A DNA stretch of 64,000 nucleotides from the human T2T-CHM13v2.0 reference genome, Homo sapiens: NCBI RefSeq assembly GCF_009914755.1, contig NC_060932.1; one strand, written 5' to 3'. Positions 1 to 13,134 of the stretch are shown here, piece after piece. Under the pieces are notes generated by a model. It was not told where the DNA came from, did no database searches, and was given only the letters and a program-made list of their open reading frames with translations. The translations under genes and the position numbers were made by a program. Positions within the stretch are counted from its first letter, which is position 1. Every line of letters begins with the position of its first letter.

Positions 1-1029
1 CCTGCCACCTACACTGACATCCTGGCCAGGTTCCTGGAGATGGCCTGGCATCTTGGACCTGTTCCCCACGGGGTGCCTGGAGCCTCTGATGGTCTACCCA
101 GGGTGGCAATGAGGGAAAGGCTGTGACTTGATCATCTCCAGGGGTTCTTCGGTGAACAGCCCAAGGTTGCTTAACAGCTGGTGTGTATGAATACCTGGAA
201 TGTGCCAGTTCACCTTCTAATCTGGCAAGGAGAATGTGTCTCCTCCTTATGCATATGAACAAACTGAGGTTCAGTGAGATCCAGAAAGCTGCCACGGTTA
301 CTGATGGAGAGAGCAGAGAAGCTGGTGTTTGCAGTCCCATCTGTCAGCCTTGACACCCCTACTCCTGTCCAGCCAGTGTTTCTCAAAGCGTGCTGATGAG
401 CAATGCAAGATGATTTCATGTTATAGATAAGAATAAAAAAATTGTTTTGTGTTTAACTCAAATTAGAAAAAGGCAACAATTGGTATGTGCGACCTGTGGT
501 TTTGCAGATGATACTGCTTAGGATGTTGGTACTTAAGAAAAGGTCAACTTTTCAAAAATACTATTAGTGACATGTGGACCTAGTCCTCCTGAAGAGGACT
601 ACATTGGGGCACCGGTAATTGTTTCTATTTGCGGTACTCTGGCTGTGTGGCTCTGGCCACGCCACTGGAGGCAGTGTCTGAGCCTGTGACTTGAGTAGTA
701 GCTCTGTGTCATGTCTGCTGATTCTCCCCAAATCCTGAAGATTCATGATGAAGTGACTGGCCGGCTTGGTCTGAAGCTAGATTGAAAACAATAAGGATCC
801 CAGAACGATAGCACTTTACAATCCTATAATTTGGCTCAAATTGCCTGCAGTTACTATCTCAGCCCTGCCTGTTATGTTCATTGAGCACCCAAAGTTTTTC
901 AGTCAATTCCTGAGTTAATTATTCTCTGGGATTGAATTATGAAATAGTAAATATTTCCACTATGCAATCAATTGGTGACTTATTCATGTATTCATTTCAT
1001 TCATTTAGTCTCAATAAATTGAAGATAAG

Positions 1030-1361
<332 letters not shown>

Positions 1362-1610
1362 TTATTATGAGAATTAAATAAGAGAACATATTAAAAGGTT
1401 TCATTCAGTGCCAGGCATATAATATGTACTCAGGGAATACTAGTTTTTTTTAAATAAAATTTTAAAATGGGATTAGAAGGTCAAAGCATATAGGCATAAA
1501 GGTATAAAAAATATTGAAGATGAGTGAGTTACTAAAATTTAACATTACGTTTAGCTCTGAGCTTCCTAATTAGCACAACATGCTAAGTAGGTTATATTTG
1601 TATCTAAAGT

Positions 1611-1815
1611 AAAGATTGGCAAACTTTTTATATCAAGGGTTAGGTGACAAATGTTTTCAGCTTTGCAGGCCACACAGCTCTGTACTGCTTGTCAGTTCTG
1701 CCTTTGTATCTGGAAAGTAGCCATAGATAATATGTAAATGAGTGGGTGTGGCTGTGTGCCAATAAAACTTTATTTACAAGAACTGGCAATAGGCCTTTAG
1801 GCTGTAGTTTGTCCT
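1611..1815 (-). mobile_element. MER58A (hAT-Charlie)
   Basis: Matches the reverse complement of the MER58A consensus (ggctgtgtgccaataaaactttatttaca; gtagccatagataatatgtaaatg). Confidence 0.8.
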
Positions 1816-2409
1816 TGGCCTAAATAAAGGAAACATGTTTGTCTTTCAAAGGCAGAAACTCCTCCTGGATCATAAACATTGAAAAAAAAATTGTTACAAG
1901 ATGCAATATTTCTGTGAGACTTGTTAAGCAGTATATGCGCAGTGCTTTCATTAGGATTTTACAGAAAACTTAGAAGATGGCCTTCACATGGCTAGTTTCC
2001 TTACTGTTCATTCAGCAGACATTTACTGAGGGCTTACTATGTCCTAGGCTCTGATATCCATACATGGTAAAACGTAAAGGCATGTGCATTTTGGCAGGGG
2101 GTGCTGCATTGACAAGGAGTGGTCTCGGTGACAGTTTTGGGAAGTCAGTTTAGAACAGTATTGGACACACTGTTCCATCCCTGAATTACACACAGGCCTC
2201 AATGCTAACTTGAGTGGGCTTTTGGTCCAGCAGGCCTGGGCTCCAGGGGCAGTCACTCAGCGTCCTGCCTCAAGAGTGGTTGTGTCATGAAATCTTGGCC
2301 CTCTTTGACTGATAGCTACAATTATTTGAAGAGTGTGGTTTTTAGAACAAAACTAAATCTGTTTTGAAGCTCTGCTGTTTTATACCTGCTGTGTGATCTT
2401 GCTCAAGTT

Positions 2410-2654
2410 TTTATTTTTATTTTTTTCTGTATAAGGGATTTTATTTTATTTTTATTTATTATGTATGTATTTATTTTATTTTAAGTTCTGGGGTACATGT
2501 GCAGGATGTGCAGGTTTGTTACATGGTAGACGTGTGCCATGTGATTTGCTGCATCTATCACCCCATCACCTAGATATTAAGCCCAGCATGCATTAGCTAT
2601 TTTTCCTGATGCCTTTCCTCCCCCCCCCCCGCCCCCGACCCACAGGCCCCAATG
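2410..2654 (-). mobile_element. L1PA 3' end fragment inserted in a MIR
   Basis: gggtacatgtgcaggatgtgcaggtttgttacat... TSD tgctcaagt at ~2400 and 2655. Confidence 0.88.
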
Positions 2655-3299
2655 TGCTCAAGTGTTTTAATCTCTCTGAGCCTCACTTTCTTCATCTGCA
2701 AACCATAACACCTCTGAATCTATTTGTTACTCTAATGCTAGCTATCTAGTGTTTGCTCTCTAAATGTTAGTTCCTCCACCTGGGGGCTGGGCGGGCGGTG
2801 GCTGACCTCACCCCATGAAGCTGTCTCCTGGCTTTCCCAGCTAGAGCCTGTGGGTATGAAGATTGCAGCCCCCTCCTCCTGGGGGAGTATTCAGTGTAAC
2901 AAGCCTTGAGAAAACACTGGCCTGTGGAATTCCAAAGTTAATGAAGGGAACAGATTCCAAGAGGGTCTCTGTTTGACCTTCCACTCTTTCCCCAACCCCG
3001 TTACCCCTGAGCGAGTTTGGGGGCAAGCATAGGTTTGTAGGCACTGCAAAGAAGAACTCTCACGCTGTGGTGCAGGACCGTGGCCTTGGCCTCTGGATAT
3101 CTGGGCCAGGTGGGTGCATTTGGGCCTCTTCCCTACAGCGCCTGGTCAGACTGCAAGAGACATAGGAAGCAGCCAGGGCAGGCTATCTTAAGAGGAGGGA
3201 GCATATTTGATAAAGTTAGAAAATGATTCTCAGCTGTCCATAGGAAGAGCAGAGTAAGGGGCTATGTGAGAAGTTTGGAAGATGGCCCAGTTCCAAAAA

Positions 3300-4220
3300 T
3301 GAAGAAAGAAAGTAAGAAAGAAAGAGAGAAAGAGAGAAAGAAAGGAAGGAAGGAAGGAAGGAAGGAAAGAAAGAGGAAAGAAAGAAAGAGGAAAGAAAGA
3401 AGGAAAGAAAGAAGGAAGGAAAGAAAGAAAGAAGAGAGGGAGAGGAAGGAAGGAAGAAAGGAAAGAAAGAAAGAAAGACAGACAAAGAAAGAAAGACAGG
3501 AAGGAAGGAAGAAAGGAAAGAAAGAAAGAAAAAGGAAGGAAGGAAAGAAGGAAGGAGGGGAAGAAGGAAGAAAGAAGGAAAGAAAGATTCATTATTCTGT
3601 CCTCTGAACCTGAGTGAAGAAAAATACCCTGTCCTTTGTACCTGCGTGAAGAGAGAAAAGAAAAGAAAAGAAAAGAAAGAAAGAAAGAAAGAAAAGAAAG
3701 ACAGGAAGGAAGAAAGGAAAGAAAGAAAGAAAGAAAGAAAGAAAAAAAGACAGACAGGAAGGAAGAAAGGAAAGAAAGAAAGAAAAGGGAAGGAAGGAAG
3801 GAAAGAAGGAAGGAAGGAAGAAAGAAGGAAAGAAAGAAGATTCATTATTCTGTCCTCTGAACCTGAGTGAAGAAATATACTCTGTCCTTTGTACCTGCGT
3901 GAAGAAAGAAAAGAAAAGAAAGAAAAGGGAAGGAAGGAAGGAAAGAAGGAAGGAAGGAAGAAAGAAGGAAAGAAAGAAGATTCATTATTCTGTCCTCTGA
4001 ACCTGAGTGAAGAAATATACTCTGTCCTTTGTACCTGCGTGAAGAAAGAAGAGAAAAGAAAGAAAAGAAAGAAAGAAAGAAAGAAACGAAGGAAGGAAGA
4101 AAGAAAGAGTGTAAAGAAATAAAAGGCTGTAAAGAAATAAAATAATGTAAAGAAAGAAAATAATGTAAAGAAAGAAAAGAAAGGAAAGAAAGATTCATTA
4201 CTATCCTTTGGACCTGAGTG
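3300..4220 (+). repeat. Compound polypurine (GAAA/GGAA)n tract with interspersed ~66-bp direct repeats
   Basis: The unit gattcattattctgtcctctgaacctgagtgaaga...ctgtcctttgtacctgcgtgaag occurs at 3586, 3839 and 3979, with a degenerate partial copy at 4192. Confidence 0.95.
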
Positions 4221-4359
4221 GTGTTTTCAGTTAAAATGAGTGGAGTAGAACCCAGAGATCAGGCTTTTGAGGACGGTAAAGCCTCAAGATACATTCTGTT
4301 TCTGGCTCAGGGAACCTTCAGGGAAAAGGCTTTGGAGACCAAGCTAGGCAGGGAAGCGC

Positions 4360-4900
4360 CTTTGCTTATCATGCTGGAGACCAGACTGAGGCAGTGAAGT
4401 CACCATAATTGATGGGCCACACTAGACTGGAGCCAACCATGGCCCATTGCTGAGACTCTGGGCCTCAGGGTGGCCTTGGCTGGAACCTGTATTCCAGTGG
4501 CCCTGGTGGCTCTCTTCCCTCTCACCTTCCCAGGAGGCAGATTATTTCCCTGTGGTGGGGGTGAGGCGGTGGCGTGGGGGCTTCTTCCCTCTCTCTCTGT
4601 CTTGTAGCCTTGTTAAAATAGTGGCCACACGCTGATAGCTGGATTTCCAGTGCAGTTGCTGGGGATGGGGGTCTTTCCCTCTCATCTGTCTGTCACCCTT
4701 TATCACTCCACAAGGGGTGGGGGTACTGGACAGAAAGAGTGTGTCCCACCTGATTACTGGGAAGTGCAATGGACACCCCCACCCCCCGTTGACTTATCTG
4801 GCTCCAACCGAAGAACAGCTGTTGGTGGTCAGGTCTCTGAGTCACTCAGTAGCTTGGGACTGGGTTCAGTGGGAGATGATGGCATAAACAAATAAACACT
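4360..4900. promoter_or_regulatory. Haematopoietic/erythroid-type enhancer motif cluster (likely the K562 MYC enhancer e1)
   Basis: GATA sites CTTATCA 4365, TGATAG 4633, TTATCA 4700 and CTTATCT 4793. KLF GGGGTGGGG 4714 and CCCCACCC ~4777, RUNX TGTGGT 4551, ETS GGAAGT ~4760, E-box CAGCTG 4816, AP-1 TGAGTCA 4838. Position relative to the PVT1 exon fits my recollection of e1. Confidence 0.6.
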
Positions 4901-5811
4901 GGCTGGCCCCCAGCTCTCAGCTTTCTGCTCACTGGGGGGCCCCAGAAGCTTCCTGTTGCGTCTGCAGGGAAAATAAGGATACCCATAATGAAAATAGTTT
5001 TCCTGATGGAGAAATGCTCTGGGGAGGTTGTTGAGGCATGTTAGAAAATCCCTGAGGCTTTCTGGCTCTGTGAGCTAAGGGAGGACACTTGGCCTCTCTG
5101 GGCTTTCGCTTGCTCCTTTGGGAAGCCTGTTATTGTGAAAGTGAGATGATCTGGGAGGTAAAACTGGCCAGTTGTCCATCTCCCCTCTCTGAACATGATG
5201 CATAGTAAGCCCTGAATCTCATTTAAATTTGGAAGTCAGACTGACTTTGTGACTGTCCTAGTTTCCGGCTGTTGAGTCAGCTCAGGCAGTTCTTGGGACT
5301 TCTGTGAGTCTCTGGCTCCCCGTCTCTCAATGGGGTGACAGTCCTCGTCTTGTGCCCCTCACGCGCTTGTTGAGATGACAGATGAGTCACCTCTGGGAAA
5401 CTGCCTGAGAGCTGGATGACACCACTCTGTGGGATTGCATTTCATCCACAGAGACATCTGGAAAAGGAGGCAGAGCAGAGCCTGACTTTTGATTATTTGG
5501 GGAGGGAGCCTGGAGCTGGTGAAAGTGAGGGCATAGAGCACATTCCTTTCAGGCCAGGCAGTGCTTGGCTGCTGAGGCACCGGTGGAGACCTCATGATCT
5601 GGTGGTCCGCCTCCCTCTTGTGCTGTGTGTGCCTGGAGCTCTCTGGCTTCCTTGGCTTTCCACTGTCTTTCCCAAAGCCTCCATGTATTCTAGAATCTGC
5701 TATGGAGTTTCAGGGGGATCTCTGTATAGTGTGAATATCTAGCTCTGAAACACAAAAGAGAAAGCTACAAAGGGCAACGTAACAAAAGCCGTATTCCCAC
5801 CCAAGGATTAG

Positions 5812-6182
<371 letters not shown>

Positions 6183-6239
6183 TGGATCATTGTCTTTAAA
6201 GAAATTTAAAAAAAAAAATAGATAAATGGGAAGTCTATG

Positions 6240-6660
6240 AGCCTTGTCTCCCATTCCCCATCCTTCTCTTCATACAAGTACCTCTCCTGAACTTGGGGTA
6301 TAACAGGTCATGCTCTTACAATTTCATTACAAATCTATTTGAAGATCACTGGTAGCACCATTTTGTGTGTTTTTAAATTCTTAGGTAGGTGACATAACGT
6401 ATAAGATGTCTGCACTTTCCTCTTTTCTCCCGGCGCTATGCTGGGCAGATGATGCTACTATGCTTGTTCATTCATTCCCTGGGCCACAGAGTCTTGGGTT
6501 GTTTCCAGAATTTTGCTTTTGTAAACAATGCTGTCATGAGCATCCTAGCACAGGGCTGCAGGTGCATGTCTGGGTGTGTCCCAGGAGTACAGGGCACAGA
6601 GCATGCACATTTGCAGCCTGACTGGAGGTTGCCACATCACTCTCCAGTTGGCACTATTTC
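6240..6660 (-). mobile_element. Old L1M fragment
   Basis: ttgggttgtttccag...ttttgtaaacaatgctgtcatgagcatcct is a typical degenerate L1M motif. Confidence 0.5.
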
Positions 6661-7403
6661 CTAGGTTCCTTCCCTGAGAGCCTGGGAACTTCTGGAAGGC
6701 AGGAGTGGGTGGTGTTCACCACTATATACCTCTGCCAGTCAGCATGCCCCACACCATGTACCAGCTCATGACACGCCTGAATGGGGTGAATTCTGGAAGG
6801 GGACAAGGCAAGTGCCAGGGCAGGTCCAGAGTCTGGGTGTGGAAGGAGCAACATAATGGGGGCCCCTTGCAGAAGCAGCAGAAAGAACAAAGAAATAGGG
6901 GCCTGGAGTGGGGGTGTGAATGAAGACATTGCTGTTGAGAAGATACTTGTGAAGAAGCCAACAGCGTTGTCTGGGCCTGGCTGGATATCATGAGGCTGGA
7001 CATGGAGGTCCCAGGCACCATTGCTGTGGGCTTTTGGGGAGTTGGATGCACAGTGGAGAGCTGAGGAGGAAGTTGGGCTTGCTGCAGAGGGCTGCTGGAG
7101 GGGCTGGCTGGAGTCTGGCTCTGGCCCTCACTCACTGAGGGTTATCCAAGTGACCCATTGCAGGAAGAGGGGTGGGGGACCCAGAGTTACTGCAACCACT
7201 TTATGAGTCTGTCTCAGCCAGGATCTGGGGCTTCTAGCAAAGCCCACAGCACAGGCACATTTTAGGAAAGGCAAGATTGAGATGCCCTCGGTGGCCCAGA
7301 AGGACACTTCAGGGCAGCAGGGCTGTAAAGGTCAGGAGGGGGAAACTTCTGGAAGGAAGTTGAATGTTGTGGGAAAAAGCTGACATAAATGAACAAGGAA
7401 TGA

Positions 7404-7566
<163 letters not shown>

Positions 7567-7590
7567 TAAACATAGACAGTTTGAGAAGAG

Positions 7591-7743
7591 TTTTTTTTTT
7601 TTTAAATTTCTAATTTTATATTTAATAGAGATGGAGTCTCACTATGTTGCTCAGGCTAGTCTTAAAGTCCTGAGCTCAAGCGATCCTCCTGCCTTGTTCT
7701 CCCAAAGTGCTGGGATTACAGGCTTGAGCCACTGCACCTGGCC
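7591..7743 (-). mobile_element. Alu left monomer (FLAM-like)
   Basis: Single-arm Alu with T tract. Confidence 0.82.
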
Positions 7744-7988
7744 AAGGGTACTTTTTTTTTTTTTAAGAAAAATATCGTTAGAAATAGAAAATTTGGATTT
7801 GGTAATGGATAGTGCATACTATGAAATAACCTTTTTACTTCTTCAACACTTCCCATGATAATAACACTAATACAAGATCTTTGGTGAAAACTTAGAATGC
7901 GTAGAAATGTGTTGGTGGTTGAAAGAGAGCCCCATAACCCTCCACTGAGGAGTAACCTCTGTTTGACCTTAGAAATAATACCTGTGAA

Positions 7989-8102
7989 CAGAATGGCCAA
8001 CTTGTCCTGGTTTGCCAGAGACTTTCCTGGTTTTGGCACGGAAAGTCCAACACTCTGGGAACCTCCTCAGTCCTGTGCAAACTGGGATGGTCGTTCACCC
8101 TA
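7989..8102 (+). mobile_element. MER81 (hAT-Blackjack MITE)
   Basis: 114-bp element ending in ...gttcacccta, with perfect 8-bp TSD CCTGTGAA (7981-7988, 8103-8110). Confidence 0.85.
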
Positions 8103-8267
8103 CCTGTGAATTGAATGATACCACTGAGCATCAAGCACTTTGACAGTTCACAAGTCATTTCTAGTGCTGTCATTGTGTATACTTGGTTCCGGCTGTGTGC
8201 AAGGCATTGTGCGAGGCTGCATGTTCTGGAGCTACACCAGAGCTCCAGAGCTGAAGTTCTATTTTCT

Positions 8268-10023
8268 TTTTTTTTTTTTTTCACTTTTTATTTTAGAATC
8301 AAGAGATGCATATGCAGGTTTGTTACAGAGGTATATGGGATGCGGTTGAAGTTTGGAGTATGATTGAACTCATCACGCAGGTACTGAGCATAGTATCCAG
8401 TAGTTTTTCAATCCTTGTCCCCCTCTTTTCCTCCCCTTTCTAGTAGCCCTCAGCATCTATTGTTCCCATCTTTATGCCCATGTGTACCCAATGTTTAGTT
8501 CCCACTTATAAGTGAGAACATGCGGTATTTTGTTTTCTGTTTCAGCATTAGTTTGCTTATGATAATGGCCTCCAGCTGCATCCATGTTGCTGCAGAGAGC
8601 GTGATTCCATTCTTTTATATGGTTGCATAGTATTTCTTGGTGTATATGTGCCACATTTTCTTTATCCAGTCCACCACTGACGGGCATTTATGTTGATTCC
8701 ATGTCTTTGCTATTGTGAATAGTGCTGCCATGAACACATGGGTGCGTGTGTACTTTTGGTAGAACAATTTATTTTCCTTTGAGTATACACCCAGGTATGA
8801 GATTGGTGGGTTAAATGGTAGTTCAACTTGGAGTTTTCTGAGAAATCTCTAAACTGCTCCTCACAGTGGCTGGACTAATTTACATTCCCACCAACAGTGT
8901 GTCAGTGTCTCCTTTTCTACACAGGCCCACCAACATCTGTTATTTTTTGACTTTTTAATGAAAACCATTCTGATTGGCATGAAATGTATCTCATTGTGGT
9001 TTTGATTTGAATTTTTCCAATGACTAGTGATGTTGTGCATTTTTTCATGTTTGGTGGCTGCATGAATGTCTTCTTTTGAGCAGTGTCCGTCCTTGTGCTT
9101 TGCCCACTTTTTAATGGGATTATTTGCTTCTTTGCTTTTTGATTTAAGTTCCTTATCGATTCTGGATATTGGAACTTTGTCAAATGCATACTTTGTGAAT
9201 ATTTTCTCCCATTCTGTAGCTTGTCTGTGTACTCCCTTGATAGTTTCTTTTGCTCTGCAGAAACTCTTTAGTTTAATTAGGCCCCAATTGTCAATTTTTG
9301 TTTTTGTTGCAGTTGTTTTTGAGGACTTAGCCATAAATTCCTGTCAAGGCCTATATTGAGAGGGGTATTTCCTCGGTTTTCTTCTAGGATTTTTATAGTT
9401 TGAAGTCTTAAGTCTTTAATCCATGTTGAGTTATTTTTTGTGTGGTGATAAATAGGGATTCTGTTTCATTTTCTTCTGCATATGGATAGCCATTTATCCC
9501 AGCACCATTTATTGAATAGGAAGTCTTTTCCCCATTGCCTCTTTTTGTCAAGTTTGTTGAAGATCAGATGGTTGTAGATAAGTGGCTTTATTTCTGGATT
9601 CTCTATTCTGTTCCGTTGGTCTGTGTATTTGTTTTTGCACCAGTACCATGCTGTTTGGGTTACTGTAGCCTTGTAGTATAATTTGAAGTCAGGTAATGTG
9701 AGGTCTCTAGCTTTGTTCTTATTTCTTAGAATTGCTTTGGTCATTCAGGCTCTTTTTTGGTTCCATGTGAATTTTAGAATAGTTTTTTCTACTTCTGTGA
9801 AAAATGATGTTGATAGTTTGAAAGAAATAACATTGAATCTATAAATTGCTTTGGACAGTATGGCCATTTTAATGATTTTGATTCTTCCAATCAATGAGCA
9901 TGAAATGTTTTTCCATTTATTTGTGTCATGTCTGATTTCTTTCAACAATGTTTTGTAGTCCTTGTAGAGATCTTTCACCTCCTTGGTTAGAAAGTATTAC
10001 TAGATATTTTATTTATGTGTGTA
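8268..10023 (-). mobile_element. 5'-truncated L1 (L1PA15/16-like) with broken ORF2 3' end
   Basis: ORF-track peptides at 8861-9334, 9466-9744 and 9745-9978 are L1 ORF2 remnants ([27 protein letters not shown]). Degenerate TSD tgaag..ct.ttttct. Confidence 0.93.
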
Positions 10024-10325
10024 TGAAGCCCTGTTTTCTATCCTTAAGGAGCTTACAACTTGTCTTTGGTATGCAGTAGGGGCATTTCACTTGTGAGAGT
10101 GGGGGTCTTACTGTAGCCTGGGCAATACCCTCTTTTATTATTGGGTACTAAGGATTTAAGGATATTTTTGTTCTGGTGGGTTATCCAGTTTTGCAGGTTG
10201 GTACCAGGAGAGAGGATGCATGTTGGTACCAATGCTGAATTTGACTGCCCCTGGCCCTGCTGTGCAGCACTTTCAGACCCCTAAATGATGTGACCCATTC
10301 TGGGGCCAGCTCAGTGTTTTACAGT

Positions 10326-10359
10326 GATGAAGATGATGTTGATGATGATGATGATGATG
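10326..10359 (+). repeat. (GAT)n microsatellite
   Basis: gatgaagatgatgttgatgatgatgatgatgatg. Confidence 0.85.
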
Positions 10360-10641
10360 TCAACATCCATCATTCTGAGGTGTGTGTCTATCTCTGGCCT
10401 CGTTATACCTGCAGAACATTCATGTGGTAGCCAATACCTGGGAAAATAATCCCACTTGCCAGGCAGCAAACCGTGGCCCTCCGTTAGGGGGATGGCATCT
10501 CACACTCATGAAGTGTTGAGTGTATGGGTCCCTGGCCAGCTTTGGCAACTGTGAGGCAGGCATTATGCTTCCATTTTACCACTGACAGACTGAGGCCGGT
10601 GATGGGGAGCACCTGGGCCTGTTGGCTTGTCTGTGGTAGGC

Positions 10642-10816
10642 CAGGCTGGCTACATAATATGTGGGGCTCAGTGCAAAATGAAATATGGGCTCTCTTGTGT
10701 AAAAATTAGGAAGAATTTCTAGATGCTGACAGCAGAGCTTTAAACCAAGCTCGGGCCCCTCTGAGCCAGGAGCCCTGTGTGCCTGCACAGGCTGTATGTC
10801 CAAGGAGCTGGTCCTA
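10642..10816 (-). mobile_element. MER45A (hAT-Tip100)
   Basis: ggctacataatatgtggggctcagtgcaaaatgaaa...gacagcagagctttaaaccaagc matches the MER45A reverse complement. Confidence 0.8.
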
Positions 10817-11689
10817 GGGCAGGACTAAGGTTCAGGCTTCGTATTGACTTCCATGACCAAGCATCCTGGGTCCAGGCTGTGTTTTGTGTGTCTGCAGAGC
10901 TCTGGTCTATCTGCTGATAAGTCCCTGTGGTGCTCAAAGGTACCTGGCTTCCTTGGAGAAAAGTTTCTCTCTCCCCTGCCCTTCCCCAGCCTCAAAATAC
11001 ACAAATGCTCAGATGAATACTTAAGAATCCAACTGGACCAGCTTCTGTCTGTGACTTGATGACTTAATGTGATTTTGGGGGATGCAACATTGGGGGTGAT
11101 GCTTTAGCATGCCTTCTCTCTCCCACTCAGGAACATGGGCAAATGCCATGGGCTGGGAGCTCTCACCTGCTCTTTTGTGCTGAGCTTCACTATCTCTTCT
11201 GGGCACAGATTGGTTACAGGGATATAGACCACCTGTGTGGTGCCCTGGGGGTTATGTCCACGGGGAGCCTCACATGAAGAAGAGAATTTCCTTTGGGATG
11301 TGTATTTCTTGTGGTCTTAGCATGCTGGCAATTCTTATTTTTGGCATCATTTAATCCTTACAACAACTTTGTAAGGTTTTCACATCCATTGGTCATTTCT
11401 GAGTTGAGCACCTCAACTCAGGTGAATGTGTTTGTATGAATGTTTGTTGAGCACCTACTATGTGCAGGGCAGTGTAGTAAAAAATTGAGGACCTGTGGGT
11501 TTTTTTTTGAGTATATATAATTGTGTTCTTCTGTCATTTTACATGACTTTCACCTCATTTCATTGCTGTAGCAACACTGTGAGGTTGTTGCTGTCACCCC
11601 CATTTCTCAGGCGAGGAAATAGAGGTTGAGTCAATCTCCCATCTTGGATTTACCTGACATCACAGTCTGAGTCTTTTGTGGCATGTGCA

Positions 11690-11900
11690 AGAGTGCACTG
11701 GCTTTCGGGGCCTGAGCTGGCTGGCCTGGATTGAATCCTGGCTTTGCCATTTGCAGCTGTGGTCTGAGGCAAGTTATTTAACTTCTCTTGACCTCGGTTT
11801 CCCCATCTGTAAAATGGGGCTATACTAGTTGCTCTGTGTAGGAAGGGTCTGAGGTTTCAGTAAGATACATTTTGCACAAACCCCACACACACCAAGTATC
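11690..11900 (+). mobile_element. MIR
   Basis: Core motif cctcggtttccccatctgtaaaatgggg. Confidence 0.75.
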
Positions 11901-12763
11901 CATGAAGCCTGGTTATCCTTATAACCTCAGAGCGGTTTGGAGAGGGTTAGGAACTTGCAGATGGTCACATAATCGGTGTATGGCAGATCTTGGGCAGAGC
12001 TGGACTGGTCTTCCTAATGAGAGCTCCTTTCCCCACTCTGCTTTCATGGACAGACCCTAATGACCACCTGGGTTATGTTTTTGTCCCTGTCAATTCCTTT
12101 GTCCTTGCTGATAACCTAAGGGAACCTTGAGAGCCAGAACGAGACAGGAAGAAAATGCCTGGCTGCTGCTTGCGGGGTTAATTAAACCATTCCTGGGGTT
12201 TCATTTGCTCTCTAGTTAGCACCAAAATAAATCCTCCAAATGGCTTTGAGCCTTCCAGTTGACATTGCATTTTGAATTCTGACAGCACCAGCATTTTACA
12301 TCTTCCTGAGGATGATAAATGTTTAGATAGCACCGAAGATAATGGTAAAAGGAGAAACTGGGGGTAGTTCAGGCTGTGGCTGAGCAGATTGTAACTCTTT
12401 GGTGTGACGAATGGGTGAGAAGTTGCTTAAAGGACACATCTGATGTCCCCTGCTCCTAGGGGTTGAGAGGGGGATGGGGGGTGGACTCTGTTTTGCCATC
12501 CGGAGAATCCATTGCCTTCCCGATGCTTCTGGGGTCTCATGCTTGAGTCTTGTTTCCATGCGTTCTGTCAGATGTTAAGGTCTTGTGCATAATGGTTGAG
12601 GTGTCAATGTGCAGGCGTTAATGTCACCATTCTTATGTAATTGTTACCCTTTATTGAGTGCCTACTATGTGCCAGGATTTAAATATTTCTCTCAGCAACC
12701 CAAAGATGTAAATGTCATATCACCTTCATTTTACAGATGTGAAAACAGGCTCGGAGAGGCTGA

Positions 12764-13134
<371 letters not shown>

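Noticed and set aside
374-570. Possible hAT-Charlie element (cagtgtttctcaaag) and AATAAA at ~433
   Set aside because: Only one terminus-like motif is visible, so neither the family nor a poly(A) function can be supported.
3216-4198. Long F/L/S-rich and K/E/R-rich ORFs (up to 209 aa)
   Set aside because: Translations of the polypurine repeat, which lacks stop codons.
3586-4220. CRISPR-like repeat/spacer array
   Set aside because: Human DNA, low-complexity GA spacers of irregular length and no cas genes. It is a compound tandem duplication.
8472-9978. ORFs resembling the C-terminus of a reverse-transcriptase protein
   Set aside because: Fragmented L1 ORF2 remnants, not a gene.
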